A stretch of 64,000 nt of DNA, from sequence record NC_061443.1; one strand, 5' to 3'. The translations under genes and the position numbers were made by a program. Below the pieces are notes generated by a model. It saw nothing but the letters and a program-made list of their open reading frames with translations, searched no databases and was not told the origin of the DNA. Position 1 is the first letter of the stretch, and each line of letters opens with the position of its first letter. Shown here piece by piece: positions 63,655 to 64,000 of this stretch.

Positions 63655-64000
63655 CTTTATCTCCCTCGATCAGTATCGCGCGTTCATCAAGCGCAATATC
63701 CTGAAAGAGCCTCAGATGCTCGTCATTAATCAGACGCAGCCTCTGGGACAAATCTTCTTCCAATGCCCCGGCGATAACTTTGCGATGAAAGATATCATCG
63801 TGCCTGCATCGAAGAACGCGGTCGATCTGACTCAACAGGCGCCACTGGAAAATCTGCTGGCATGTAGTCAACTGAAAGCGCTGCTGCAAACGCAGAAACT
63901 CGTGCTGCTGAATCCGGAAGAAATGCCAACTCCTGGCGAAGGTATTCAGATGCCGCAGTTGAACACGCCTCCTGTTGCTGGTGCAGTGTCTGTTGACGGC
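63647..64000 (+). CDS. Hypothetical protein, partial (runs off the window; not in ORF track)
   Basis: GGAG RBS, ATG at 63647 overlapping the upstream stop; open frame MSNFISLDQYRAFIKRNILKEPQMLVINQT... to the window end. Confidence 0.65.
   Translation, partial: MSNFISLDQYRAFIKRNILKEPQMLVINQTQPLGQIFFQCPGDNFAMKDIIVPASKNAVDLTQQAPLENLLACSQLKALLQTQKLVLLNPEEMPTPGEGIQMPQLNTPPVAGAVSVDG

Noticed and set aside
1-64000. CRISPR array, tRNA/rRNA genes, integrase or transposase
   Set aside because: No regularly spaced repeat-spacer units, no T-loop/CCA tRNA signatures and no recombinase or transposase motifs noticed by eye. tRNAscan-SE was not run.

Overview
A 64 kb segment of a large (jumbo-type) contractile-tailed dsDNA phage genome, about 50% GC. 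Almost every real gene is on the minus strand and the strand switches to plus at about 62.0 kb. From memory and without a search, the gene set most resembles the Lu11/PaBG/RSL1/Erwinia Y3/Dickeya JA11-type myoviruses. It includes a tail sheath, an Ig-repeat fibre, a family A DNA polymerase with an N-terminal UDG-like domain, a beta-clamp, a DnaX-like clamp loader, a UvsW-like helicase, SbcC/SbcD, a giant SNF2 ATPase, a RuvC-like resolvase and a GH108 endolysin. I recognised no tRNA, rRNA, CRISPR array or integrase. Five observations stand out. (1) About 14 otherwise unrelated proteins share an N-terminal hydrophobic-S-x-S-[A/K/S] tag, a candidate capsid-targeting or maturation-cleavage signal; its cargo includes histone-H1-like basic proteins, the SNF2 ATPase and an ART-like protein. 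(2) A second, exonuclease-less family-A-polymerase-like gene with an altered steric-gate position lies next to an intergenic region with about 12 helically phased A-tracts, a candidate origin or pac site. (3) Two non-sigma70 promoter motifs (CTGTAAATA and CTAATTT) largely separate replication genes from virion genes. (4) An ORF-free, hairpin-dense region at about 53.95-54.29 kb is a candidate structured RNA with a bistable terminator leader. (5) There are two paralogous fibre-like gene families. All protein calls come from motif reading by eye, not from database searches.
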